Source: an uncultured Bacteroidota bacterium (lineage in GTDB: Bacteria > Bacteroidota > Ignavibacteria > UBA10030 > UBA6906). From it: a DNA stretch of 64,000 bases. Each line of letters begins with the position of its first letter. Position 1 is the stretch's first letter. A model generated the notes under the pieces. It made no database searches. It was not told the origin of the DNA and saw only the letters and a program-made list of their open reading frames with translations. The DNA lies in NCBI GenBank assembly GCA_963700635.1, contig CAVOYH010000001.1:288001-352000 (forward strand), read 5' to 3'. The position numbers and the translations under genes were made by a program. Below are positions 10,915 through 20,559 of the stretch, in pieces.

Positions 10915-12030
10915 TCAGGACGTGATCATGCCGGCAACATACCGCGCAATTGCGGGTGATGCGGTGAGACCTGGCGATTCAATTCCGATGAGGTTGATGA
11001 GGCCAGGCAGCCCGCGCTCCGTTTCATGGACAATGACAAAATCGCGCACCGGATCCCCCTTGGCCTGGATCTTCGGGCGGATGCCGCTCATGTCCGGCGA
11101 AAGGTCCTCGTCGCGGACCATCGGCAGAATACGCCTCACCGATTGTGCGAAGGCGTCCCGCTTTGCCGGATCAACAGTGTACGGGAGCGAGCGATCGGGG
11201 AGGTATTCCACATCCGGTCCGAATTTTAACCTTCCGCCCAGGTCAACAACTGCATGGACGCCGAGGGAATGTTTGGTCGGGACGGGATACACAAGCCGGC
11301 GAACAAGGGAACTCATCGATCCGGGTAGCGCGAAATAGGATCCCTTGCAGTAATGGATCCGGTACCCCGCGCCCGCAACGTCTATTCCCGTCAGCCCTGC
11401 GATCGTATCGGCTTCCAGGCCTGCGGAGTTGACCAGCCATTCGGTGGTGAAGGTGGATGTCTGTTCGCCTTCGCGGATCGTTACACGAAACCCCTCGGAG
11501 AGTTTCTCCAGGCCGATCACCGTGCAGTGCGTCTGCACTTCGCCGCCGTGTTTGCGAACCTCATGATAGAAGAAATCCATAAGACCATGAGCGCTGATAA
11601 TCCCCGTAGAAGGTGAGAGAAGCCCTCCTACCGTGGTGATGTTTGGTTCGAGCGCGCTCACGGCTGCGGCGGTCAGTCGTTCAAGCGGGGCACCATTGGT
11701 GGTGCCGACTGAATACAGGCGGTCGAGTTCGGCCGTTTCCTCTTCGCTGGTGGCCGTGATGATTTTGGTGATACGCTGATGCGGGATGCCGTGACGTTCG
11801 CACAAGGCATACAACAACCCGCGTCCCTCGACGCACAGGCTTGCCTTGAGCGAGTTGGGCGGATAATAGATCCCCGCGTGGATAACCTCGCTGTTGCGTG
11901 CCGATGTCTCCTGACCATACCGGGGATTACGCTCCAGAACGAAGATGGATGAGTGGCGCGGGGCAAGTTCTGCGGCTATAGCCAGTCCGACCACGCCGCC
12001 GCCCACTATCGTTATTGCCACATCCGGCAT
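10915..12030 (-). CDS. FAD-dependent oxidoreductase, L-2-hydroxyglutarate oxidase (LhgO)-like
   Basis: GGGVVG, SARNSEVIHAGIYY, GIESPGLTAS. Confidence 0.85.
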   Translation of the reverse strand: MPDVAITIVGGGVVGLAIAAELAPRHSSIFVLERNPRYGQETSARNSEVIHAGIYYPPNSLKASLCVEGRGLLYALCERHGIPHQRITKIITATSEEETAELDRLYSVGTTNGAPLERLTAAAVSALEPNITTVGGLLSPSTGIISAHGLMDFFYHEVRKHGGEVQTHCTVIGLEKLSEGFRVTIREGEQTSTFTTEWLVNSAGLEADTIAGLTGIDVAGAGYRIHYCKGSYFALPGSMSSLVRRLVYPVPTKHSLGVHAVVDLGGRLKFGPDVEYLPDRSLPYTVDPAKRDAFAQSVRRILPMVRDEDLSPDMSGIRPKIQAKGDPVRDFVIVHETERGLPGLINLIGIESPGLTASPAIARYVAGMITS

Positions 12031-12042
12031 TCGTGATACCGT

Positions 12043-12978
12043 CTACTTGTGGTGGATGTTGGTGGGTTCTTCGATGAGGAGCCACTGCGCGTCCGGCTCA
12101 CGGCCGACAGCGGTAAAAAATTCGGCTTTGCTCCGGCGCCGCGAATTGATCCATACCTTGACGCCTGCCGAATACAGTAGAAGGGGGATATCATTCCGCG
12201 AGTCGCTCGCCACCAGGTGCGGGACACGTGATTCCCTGGCCTGGAGGGCCTGAATCTTCTCACTCCGGATCGGGATCGGTTCTACGGGGATGCTGGAAAG
12301 TGTCCCGTTGGCGGATTCAAGAGAGATCCCGATGACCTGATCGGCAGGTACTCCAAGCCGCTGGAACACCGCCTCTACGCTCCACGTGCTGCTTCCGGAT
12401 ACCGCCCAGATATCAAAGTGGTGATCCTGTAAGAGACGTACGAGTTCGAGGGACTCCTGCAAAAACCGCACACCGGTATGGACCCTTCGGCCGCCGAGCT
12501 GTCTCTCGCCGAGAGGAGACTTCAATTCATGCTCTAACGCTTCGGCTGCGAACGCGCGCACCTCCGCGGCGGGGAAACCGGCAAACAGCCGGACAATATC
12601 CGCACACGCCTTTGCGACGCGTCCGTCGGAGATCTGATCATAGTACCAGGACAAAAGGTATCCCGCAAATTCTTCAAAGGCAGGGTGCGTCGGTCGTTGT
12701 GCGGGAGTGGCGGCAGCCAGATCCCTGAAGCTCTTATCAAGTTTCTGCCGGTGAGGATGATCCAGCCAGAGCTCTGCGGGCGAAATCCGGAACTTGAACG
12801 CCTCAATCTGCCGAAAAAAGACCGCCTCTCCGATATCTCCCCGGATCACTGTTCCGTCACAGTCGAAGACGGCAAGCGGTGGCATGGGTCCCGGGTTGCG
12901 GGCTGTCTCTTCCAGGAGTTCCCGGACGGAGGGGTGATTCTCAAGCTTCGTGTGGTGCGCGTCGTTGGCGGAGTCCAT
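12043..12978 (-). CDS. HAD-superfamily hydrolase (phosphoserine phosphatase-like)
   Basis: Motif I AVFDCDGT, motif II VSGS, motif IV-like SDSRND. Confidence 0.8.
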   Translation of the reverse strand: MDSANDAHHTKLENHPSVRELLEETARNPGPMPPLAVFDCDGTVIRGDIGEAVFFRQIEAFKFRISPAELWLDHPHRQKLDKSFRDLAAATPAQRPTHPAFEEFAGYLLSWYYDQISDGRVAKACADIVRLFAGFPAAEVRAFAAEALEHELKSPLGERQLGGRRVHTGVRFLQESLELVRLLQDHHFDIWAVSGSSTWSVEAVFQRLGVPADQVIGISLESANGTLSSIPVEPIPIRSEKIQALQARESRVPHLVASDSRNDIPLLLYSAGVKVWINSRRRSKAEFFTAVGREPDAQWLLIEEPTNIHHK

Positions 12979-13018
12979 GGCGTCTAAGATACAAACACGT
13001 TGCCGGAAGAGCAAGACA

Positions 13019-13047
13019 TTGCAAGTTCTTCGCCAAATTGGTATATT
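13019..13047 (+). promoter_or_regulatory. Putative sigma70 promoter of the lepA operon
   Basis: TTGCAA-N17-TATATT with TG extended -10. Confidence 0.6.
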
Positions 13048-13074
13048 TTGAATGTTGTCGACTTGTTCCCCGGC

Positions 13075-13106
13075 AAGTCCGTCCCGTGGCACGGGACGGA
13101 TTTTCT
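13075..13106 (+). terminator. Intrinsic-terminator-like hairpin in the lepA 5' leader
   Basis: TCCGTCCCGT-GGC-ACGGGACGGA perfect 10-bp stem followed by TTTTCT. Confidence 0.5.
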
Positions 13107-13123
13107 ATTATATAGAGCGGGAT

Positions 13124-14923
13124 ATGCAAAACATTCGAAATTTCTGCATCATAGCACATATCGATCATGGCAAGTCGACCATAGCGGACCGGCTCCTGGA
13201 GCGCACCGGTACGATCACGGCACGCGAAATGAAGTTCAACCAGGTGCTGGATAACATGGAGCTGGAACAGGAACGCGGCATCACGATCAAGCTCCATGCC
13301 GTCCAGATGCACTACCGTGCCCTGGACGATCAGACTTACACGCTGAATCTGATTGACACGCCCGGCCATGTGGATTTTTCGTACGAGGTCTCCCGCTCAC
13401 TTGCGGCCTGTGAAGGCGCCGTTCTTGTCGTTGACGCATCCCAGGGTGTCGAGGCCCAGACGATCAGCAACCTGTACCTTGCCATCGATGCGGGACTCGA
13501 GATTATTCCCGTCATCAACAAGATTGATCTGCCCGGCGCGATGGTCGATGTGGTGAAGCATCAGATCAAAGACCTCATCGGCTGCAAGGACGAAGACATC
13601 ATCATGGCAAGCGCCAAAGCAGACCTGGGCATGTCCGAAATCATGGAACGAGTGGTACGGGATGTTCCCCCTCCCCAGGGAGATCCCGATGCGCCGCTCC
13701 GGGCGCTCATTTTTGACTCGGTATTTGACACCTATCGGGGCTCCATCGTCTACCTCCGGGTATTTGACGGCACTCTGCATGAGGGGGAGAAGATTATGTT
13801 TTTCCATAACGGAAGGACATATGAGGCGGAAGAGGTCGGTGCCCTCGAATTAAAACGCACACGCACAGGCCTGGTGAGTGCCGGGAGTGTTGGATACCTG
13901 ATCGCCGGGGTCAAGGATGTGCATGATACCAAAGTCGGTGATACAGTCACCTCGGCCACTTTTCCCGCTGCATCACCCCTTCCGGGCTACAAAGAGGTCA
14001 AGCCCATGGTCTTCAGCGGCGTCTATCCGACCAATGCAGAAGAATTTGAAGACCTCCGGGCATCCATCGAAAAACTTCAATTAAATGACTCTTCTCTCGT
14101 GTACGAACCTGAGACTTCCACTGCTCTTGGTTTCGGATTCCGGTGTGGTTTCCTGGGCCTGCTCCACATGGAGATTGTCCAGGAACGTCTGGAGCGCGAG
14201 TACGACCAGAACATCATCAATACTGTTCCGAACGTCGAGTACCGGGTCACGCGGACTGACGGCGAGGTTGTTCTGGTTGATAACCCGTCGTTTATGCCCC
14301 CGCTCGGTCAGATTGACAAAGTGGAGGAACCGTTCGTCCGTGCGCAGATTATTCTGCCGACCGAGTACGTGGGCAATATCATGAAATTGTGTATGGACCG
14401 GCGCGGGGTGTACAAGAACACGACCTATCTGGACCCGACGCGCGTGGATCTTCATTATGAAATGCCCCTCTCCGAGATCATCTTTGATTTTTATGACAAG
14501 CTCAAGTCTACCTCAAGGGGCTATGCATCATTCGACTATGAATACCTGGAGTTCCGCGAGTCGGAACTGGTAAAGCTCGAAATACTGCTGAACGGCGAAG
14601 CTGTGGACGCATTTTCCACCATCGTGCACCGCGACAAAGCGCATGAATGGGGGAAAAAGCTCTGTGTGAAGCTTCGGAAGCTTATACCCCGCCAGATGTT
14701 CGAAGTGGCAATTCAGGCCGCCATCGGGTCAAAAGTGGTGGCAAGGGAGACGATTTCAGCCATGCGGAAAAACGTCATCGCCAAATGCTATGGCGGTGAT
14801 ATTTCCAGAAAACGTAAGCTTCTGGAGAAACAGAAAGAGGGGAAGAAACGTATGAAACAGGTAGGCCGTGTGGAGATACCCCAGGAAGCTTTCCTGGCGG
14901 TTCTGTCAATGGAAGACCAATAG
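13124..14923 (+). CDS. lepA: Elongation factor 4 (LepA)
   Basis: [48 protein letters not shown]. Confidence 0.98.
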   Translation: MQNIRNFCIIAHIDHGKSTIADRLLERTGTITAREMKFNQVLDNMELEQERGITIKLHAVQMHYRALDDQTYTLNLIDTPGHVDFSYEVSRSLAACEGAVLVVDASQGVEAQTISNLYLAIDAGLEIIPVINKIDLPGAMVDVVKHQIKDLIGCKDEDIIMASAKADLGMSEIMERVVRDVPPPQGDPDAPLRALIFDSVFDTYRGSIVYLRVFDGTLHEGEKIMFFHNGRTYEAEEVGALELKRTRTGLVSAGSVGYLIAGVKDVHDTKVGDTVTSATFPAASPLPGYKEVKPMVFSGVYPTNAEEFEDLRASIEKLQLNDSSLVYEPETSTALGFGFRCGFLGLLHMEIVQERLEREYDQNIINTVPNVEYRVTRTDGEVVLVDNPSFMPPLGQIDKVEEPFVRAQIILPTEYVGNIMKLCMDRRGVYKNTTYLDPTRVDLHYEMPLSEIIFDFYDKLKSTSRGYASFDYEYLEFRESELVKLEILLNGEAVDAFSTIVHRDKAHEWGKKLCVKLRKLIPRQMFEVAIQAAIGSKVVARETISAMRKNVIAKCYGGDISRKRKLLEKQKEGKKRMKQVGRVEIPQEAFLAVLSMEDQ

Positions 14924-14931
14924 GAGAGCGT

Positions 14932-15822
14932 ATGGCAAAAGTACTCCCCCCGACGAAGAAGGAACCGGTCAAGGACTTTTTCAAAGACGTTGTGTTTGTG
15001 CTGGTGGCATTCTTTTTTCTGAACAGCTTTGTCCTGGCTTCGTTTGAAGTGCCGACCGGATCCATGGAAAACGAGATCATGGCCGGTGACTTTCTGTTTG
15101 TCAACAAGTTTATCTACGGTGGTACCACACCCCGGAATATTCCGTTTACGAACGCCCGCCTTCCCTGGTTCCGGCTGCCGGCGTTCCAGGATGTTGAACG
15201 CGGTGATGTAATCGTCTTTGAGTTCCCCGGCCAGCGGGAGGAGGTGGCCTCGCCCGAGTTTATGTTCTATTTGAAGCGGGCAGTGGCACTCTCGGGTGAT
15301 ACCATTGAGATCGTGGACCGAGCATTATACGTCAACGGCAGGCCCGCTCCGATACCCCGGCATATGAAGTTCAACGACTATTCGATAAAGCCCCGGGGAC
15401 TTGCAGAGTACAACATTTTTCCTCCCGGTGCCCCCTATAACGAGGACAACTGGGGTCCCGTGGTGGTGCCGAAAAAAGATGACCTCATCGCACTCTCGGC
15501 TGATAATTTTGAGAAGTGGCGCGTCTTTATCGGACGCGAAGGACATACTGCACTCCTGGATACACATGGTCGGGTGCTGATCGACGGTGCACCGGCAACA
15601 TCATACAAGGTCGAACGTAACTACCTCTTCGGAATGGGGGACAACCGGGATAACAGTCTTGACAGCCGGTTCTGGGGTTTTATTCCGGAAGAAAATATTG
15701 TCGGGACCCCGATGATCGTCTACTGGTCCTGGTCCCCCGATCTTGCCCTGCTTGATCTTTCTTCACTTCCTTCGAAACTGGCTTCAATACGGTTCGGCCG
15801 GATTGGAACACTGATAAAATAG
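14932..15822 (+). CDS. lepB: Signal peptidase I
   Basis: VPTGSME (Ser), YLKRAV (Lys), GDNRDNSLDSRFWG; follows lepA. Confidence 0.95.
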   Translation: MAKVLPPTKKEPVKDFFKDVVFVLVAFFFLNSFVLASFEVPTGSMENEIMAGDFLFVNKFIYGGTTPRNIPFTNARLPWFRLPAFQDVERGDVIVFEFPGQREEVASPEFMFYLKRAVALSGDTIEIVDRALYVNGRPAPIPRHMKFNDYSIKPRGLAEYNIFPPGAPYNEDNWGPVVVPKKDDLIALSADNFEKWRVFIGREGHTALLDTHGRVLIDGAPATSYKVERNYLFGMGDNRDNSLDSRFWGFIPEENIVGTPMIVYWSWSPDLALLDLSSLPSKLASIRFGRIGTLIK

Positions 15823-15835
15823 GCGATCGTACGGT

Positions 15836-16561
15836 ATGAGTCCCGTCGGTGAAAGCCACGCTCCGGCTGTCGATGAACGGCGCGGGCATTGCCGGTCCTG
15901 GTGTTCCGCGGCACTTCTTGGTATTGGTCTCGCCGTTCTCACCGGACTCCTGCTCCGGACGTTTGTTGTCGGGGCTGTCCGGGTTCCCTCCCGTTCCATG
16001 GAAGCGACGATCCTGCCGGGTGATCACGTGCTCGTGAACAAACTCGTGGCCTCGCGCCCCCTGCTGCTTCAGTTTCCGTTTGCGCCACCTCACCCTCTCC
16101 TTGTCACTGTTCCCGGGGTACGCCCTCTGCGTGTTGGAGATGTGCTGGTAATACGCCCTCCCGGCGCAGGGGCACAACAGAGGCTCGGCCGGGATGTATT
16201 TTTTCTCAAGCGGTGTGTCGGGACGCCCGGTGACACCCTTACCTTCCACCGGACCGCCCTCTCCGTAAACGGCCAGAGAGTGATCTTCCCGGCAACCGCG
16301 GTACAACGACAGCGTCCAGGGCTACTCGTGGAATCAGACGTTCCCGTTACGGTGATTGTTCCGCCGGACACATACTACATGCTGGGGGACAACCCGGAAG
16401 ACAGCGCGGACAGCAGAGTCTGGGGACCGGTGCCCTATACATCCATCGTGGGATCGGCTGTGATGATCTACTGGTCGGTCCTCGCAGTGGGAGATGGTGG
16501 ACCGGAGGAAACCGGCTCGCGCTCAGTCCGATGGGATCGAATCGGGGTGATGATTCGATGA
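15836..16561 (+). CDS. Second signal peptidase I paralog
   Basis: VPSRSME, FLKRCVG, GDNPEDSADSRVWG. Confidence 0.88.
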   Translation: MSPVGESHAPAVDERRGHCRSWCSAALLGIGLAVLTGLLLRTFVVGAVRVPSRSMEATILPGDHVLVNKLVASRPLLLQFPFAPPHPLLVTVPGVRPLRVGDVLVIRPPGAGAQQRLGRDVFFLKRCVGTPGDTLTFHRTALSVNGQRVIFPATAVQRQRPGLLVESDVPVTVIVPPDTYYMLGDNPEDSADSRVWGPVPYTSIVGSAVMIYWSVLAVGDGGPEETGSRSVRWDRIGVMIR

Positions 16562-17739
16562 TGGACTCGCTGACAACGGGCGGGAAGCCCTGGCGGGGTG
16601 GAGTGTATGTCCACATCCCGTTCTGCGAGCGGAAATGTCCGTACTGCGATTTCTTTTCAGTGGAATCCCGCGATCGTGTCGGGGAATACCTGGCTGCCCT
16701 TGAGGAAGAGATCCTGCTGTCGGCTGACGCAGCACGTGGCATGGTGGCTGACACTGTGTACCTCGGCGGGGGCACACCGTCAGTTCTAAGCCTTCCTGAG
16801 TTACACCGTGTTTTTGCATCCCTGGAACGGTGTTGTTCGATCAGCCCGGAAGCTGAGATCACCATTGAAGTAAACCCCGGAACCGTGACACGTCAGTCTC
16901 TTGAAGAAATTCGCACGCTCGGGTGCAACCGGCTGAGCATTGGCGTCCAGTCTTTTGACGATGCAGAGCTTACATTCCTGGGACGTATTCATGATGCCGG
17001 GCAGGCACGGCGGTGTATCATGGATGCCCGCGAGGCAGGATTTGACAACATCAGTATTGATCTTATTGTTTCGCTCCCGGGGCAGAGCGACGAACGGTGT
17101 GAGGCATCCCTGCAGGAAGCCGTACGTTTTGAGCCGGAGCACCTGTCAGTCTATACCCTGATCGTAGAGGATCAGACCCCCCTCGCGCAATGGGTGACGG
17201 AAGGGCGGGTCAGGCCCAATGACGAGAATCGCGAAGCAATGTTATACGAGAAGACGATGGACATTCTGGACCGGGCGGGGTACGAGCACTACGAAGTCTC
17301 GAATTATGCACGGCCCGGCTACCGCAGCAGGCACAATAGTTCCTACTGGAATCACACATCGTACTTTGGCTTTGGCCCGTCTGCCCATTCGTTCCTCTGG
17401 AAGGATCACACGGCGCCTGCCCGGCGATGGGCGAATGTGAGGAGCATCGGTGAGTATTGCGACCGTCTGCGCTCCCCGAACGGCCCGGTCGACCAGGAAG
17501 AAACGCTCAACGCCCGGCAACTCTTTGATGAGGCGGTCTTTCTCGGGTTACGCAGTGATGGCCTCGATCTGGAAATGTTAACTCGTTCGGTAGGAGTGGC
17601 CCTGACCGAGCGGCAGGATGCTACGATCAGGAGTCTCTGTGAAGAAGGTCTGGCCATCCGTCAGGGTGACCGGGTGCGGCTGACGGCACGAGGGTTTGTT
17701 CTGTGCGACGAGATCTGTGCCCGGGTTATGAATCCTTGA
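16558..17739 (+). CDS. hemW: Radical SAM heme chaperone HemW
   Basis: YVHIPFCERKCPYCDF, GGGTPS, YEVSNY, HNSSYW. Confidence 0.9.
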   Translation: MMDSLTTGGKPWRGGVYVHIPFCERKCPYCDFFSVESRDRVGEYLAALEEEILLSADAARGMVADTVYLGGGTPSVLSLPELHRVFASLERCCSISPEAEITIEVNPGTVTRQSLEEIRTLGCNRLSIGVQSFDDAELTFLGRIHDAGQARRCIMDAREAGFDNISIDLIVSLPGQSDERCEASLQEAVRFEPEHLSVYTLIVEDQTPLAQWVTEGRVRPNDENREAMLYEKTMDILDRAGYEHYEVSNYARPGYRSRHNSSYWNHTSYFGFGPSAHSFLWKDHTAPARRWANVRSIGEYCDRLRSPNGPVDQEETLNARQLFDEAVFLGLRSDGLDLEMLTRSVGVALTERQDATIRSLCEEGLAIRQGDRVRLTARGFVLCDEICARVMNP

Positions 17740-17764
17740 ACATGAACGAAGTTTGGGGTATATT
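17736..17764 (+). promoter_or_regulatory. Putative sigma70 promoter for DUF2723-GT4
   Basis: TTGAAC-N17-TATATT. Confidence 0.5.
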
Positions 17765-17810
17765 AAGTATTTAGCAGGCCGGAGCAACTCTCCGCAAGAC
17801 TATTACAGGG

Positions 17811-20519
17811 ATGTCCGAGGAAATCATGACCACTTCCACCGTAAACCGTATCATCGCAGCCGTCGTGTTTGTACTCACGTTCGGTGTCTACCTCATGACA
17901 CTGGCTCCGACCGTTGTGTTCTGGGATGTAGGAGAGTTTATTGCCGCGGCGAAGATGATGCAGGTTCCCCATCCGCCGGGATCTCCCCTCTTTCTGCTCG
18001 TGACCCGTGTAGCAATGATGCTCCCGGTCGCCGACGACATGGCGGTCCGCGCGCACATGCTCTCGGCGCTTTTCAGCGGCCTCGGCATCATGTTTCTGTA
18101 TCTGGTTGCGGTCCGTGTGGTCGTGAGTTTCCGGGGTTATCCGGCAGGGATACTGGACCAGGTTACCGTCTTCGGCGGCGCCGCCATCGGAGCTTTTGCC
18201 CTGGCATTCAGTACTTCCTACTGGGCAAACTCCATCGAGGCAGAAGTGTACGGCGCGAGCATGTTCTTTCTCAGCGCCATTCTCTGGCTGGCAATGCGCT
18301 GGCTGGACCGGTCAGAGACCGCCGGGAATGAAAAGTATCTGCTTCTGATCGCCTATCTCATTGGTCTTTCCCTCGGCGTCCATCTCCTTGCCCTCCTGGC
18401 GATCTTCCCGGTCCTCATGATTGTGTATTTCAAGAAATACGAATACACCATTACCAGCTTCATGAAATTCTGGATTGTTGCGGTGATGACCTTCGTCATC
18501 GTCTATCCCCTGATTGTCAAGTACCTCCCCGGGATGATGGATGGCGATTTTATGGGCCGGAAGAGCAATCTGATCGCCTACGTTCCGTGGCTTATCATTG
18601 CGGCCGTGTGTTATGGAGTGTACGCCTCCTACAAGAAAAAACAAAAGCTGCTGCATGTCGGGCTCCTGGCAATGCTCTTGATTTTCATCGGCTATACCAC
18701 CTATGTCCAGGTGGTGATCCGGTCCAATGCGAATCCTCCGATGAACGAGAACGATCCGAGTACTCTTGCCCGGCTCACCGCCTACCTCGGCCGCGAACAG
18801 TATGGTGATGCTCCGCTCTTTATGCCCCGCCGGTACAGTCAGGAACCCCATCAGCAGGGGATCTACACGAACTACTCGGGCGAATGGGATTTTCTCTTCC
18901 GGTATCAGCTTAATCACATGTTCGTGCGGTATCTTTCCTGGAATTTTATAGGCGCGGCAGGAGACGCACAGGATTCCGGAGTGAACTGGAATGTGACGTA
19001 TGGCATTCCCTTCTTCCTCGGCATCATCGGACTCTACGCGCATTTTAAGCGTGACTGGAAGATGGCTCTGGTTTTCCTTGTGGCATTTATTATCCTGGGT
19101 CCGGTGCTGGCTCTCTACCAGAACCAGCAGGAGCCGCAACCAAGGGAACGTGACTATTTCTATGTCGGAGCGTTCTTTGTGTTTGCCCTCTGGATCTCCA
19201 TCGGAATCGTTGCGGTTATCGACTGGATGCGCACGTTAACACCAAAAGAAACCATCCGGTCAGCCTTCACCTACGGCATTATCGGGGTCTCAGCACTTGC
19301 CGTTCCCGGCCGCCTTCTGCACGCCAACTGGACCGATCTCGACCGGTCGGGCAACTATGTGGCCTGGGACTATTCCTACAACATGCTCCAGTCCTGTGAA
19401 CAGGATGCTATTCTCTTTACAAATGGAGACAACGACACATTTCCCCTCTGGTATCTGCAGGATGTCGAAGGAGTGCGGCGCGACGTGCGCATCGTAAACC
19501 TGAGTCTCGTAAATACACCCTGGTACATACGGCAGATGAAGGGCCCGGCATACTATACGGAGGCGAAACCCGTCCCGATAAGTTTGTCGGACAAACAGAT
19601 TGAGAAAATTCAACCGGTAGTCTGGGAACCGCGGCAGCTGGATATTCCCGTGACGCCGGAGGCTATCAGCCGCTACCAGGTGACGGACAGCGCAACAATC
19701 ACATCCGGAAAAATCAGCTTCCTGATGCGAAATACGCTGGAGGTGGGCGGAACCCGCGCAATCCGGATACAGGATCTCCTTGTCCGTGATATCATCTATA
19801 CAAATCAGTGGAAACGGCCGATCTATTTCGCCGTGACATGCGCGCCCGACAGCAAGATCGGTCTTGATGAGTACCTGTGGTTCCATGGTCTTGCGTGGCG
19901 ATTCGAGCCCCGCAAGGTTAATCGTGAAGATCTGGGTCTCAACAAGGAAGTCCTCGAAGAGAATCTCTTCCGTCAACCCGAAGGGTTCTCCACCACCCCG
20001 CAGTACGGGTACAAATTCCGGGGCATTGCGGACCCGGCTGTGCATTATGACGAAAACGCCACACGCCTTATGCTGAATTACCGTTCGGCGTTCATCCGGC
20101 TGGCGATGTATTATATGAATGTCGAGCCCGACGCCAAAAAGGGCGTCGCGGCGCTTGATCAAATGGAACGACTCATTCCCCAGTCAAAAATCCCGATGGG
20201 TTGGGAACTGATGTCGGATCTTGCAAACATCTACCACAGGTTCGGACGGGAAGACCGCTTTAACGAACTTTCCGTAGAGCTTGAACGCGTCGCAAAATCG
20301 CTGATCGCATCCGGCCAGACAAACCTCAACAGCTACTACAATCCGTACAGGGTTTTGCTGGATATCTATGAGACGCGCAATGATCATAGGAGTGCGCTTG
20401 AACTGCTGCAGAGTCTGCAGTCACAGTTCCCGAATGACCCCAATCTGACCCAGCGGATCGAGTTTCTCAAGACACAGATTGCGCTTGAGGGACCGTCAGG
20501 GAAGGACACAACACGGTGA
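17811..20519 (+). CDS. DUF2723 membrane protein (GT-C fold, TMEM260/GT117-like) with C-terminal helical/TPR-like region
   Basis: APTVVFWDVGEFI, HPPGSPLF, EAEVY, RERDYFY, FTNGDNDTFPLWY motifs; many TMs. Confidence 0.9.
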   Translation: MSEEIMTTSTVNRIIAAVVFVLTFGVYLMTLAPTVVFWDVGEFIAAAKMMQVPHPPGSPLFLLVTRVAMMLPVADDMAVRAHMLSALFSGLGIMFLYLVAVRVVVSFRGYPAGILDQVTVFGGAAIGAFALAFSTSYWANSIEAEVYGASMFFLSAILWLAMRWLDRSETAGNEKYLLLIAYLIGLSLGVHLLALLAIFPVLMIVYFKKYEYTITSFMKFWIVAVMTFVIVYPLIVKYLPGMMDGDFMGRKSNLIAYVPWLIIAAVCYGVYASYKKKQKLLHVGLLAMLLIFIGYTTYVQVVIRSNANPPMNENDPSTLARLTAYLGREQYGDAPLFMPRRYSQEPHQQGIYTNYSGEWDFLFRYQLNHMFVRYLSWNFIGAAGDAQDSGVNWNVTYGIPFFLGIIGLYAHFKRDWKMALVFLVAFIILGPVLALYQNQQEPQPRERDYFYVGAFFVFALWISIGIVAVIDWMRTLTPKETIRSAFTYGIIGVSALAVPGRLLHANWTDLDRSGNYVAWDYSYNMLQSCEQDAILFTNGDNDTFPLWYLQDVEGVRRDVRIVNLSLVNTPWYIRQMKGPAYYTEAKPVPISLSDKQIEKIQPVVWEPRQLDIPVTPEAISRYQVTDSATITSGKISFLMRNTLEVGGTRAIRIQDLLVRDIIYTNQWKRPIYFAVTCAPDSKIGLDEYLWFHGLAWRFEPRKVNREDLGLNKEVLEENLFRQPEGFSTTPQYGYKFRGIADPAVHYDENATRLMLNYRSAFIRLAMYYMNVEPDAKKGVAALDQMERLIPQSKIPMGWELMSDLANIYHRFGREDRFNELSVELERVAKSLIASGQTNLNSYYNPYRVLLDIYETRNDHRSALELLQSLQSQFPNDPNLTQRIEFLKTQIALEGPSGKDTTR

Positions 20520-20559
20520 TCAAGAACTGCGCTCCCGACGCTGTGTATCGGTGTGGTTG

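Noticed and set aside
13087-13101. TGGCAC in the lepA leader as a sigma54 site
   Set aside because: No TTGC at the -12 position; it is part of the hairpin.
16558-17739. This radical SAM enzyme as the missing AmrS
   Set aside because: HIPFC and HNxxYW motifs and the lepA context identify it as HemW.
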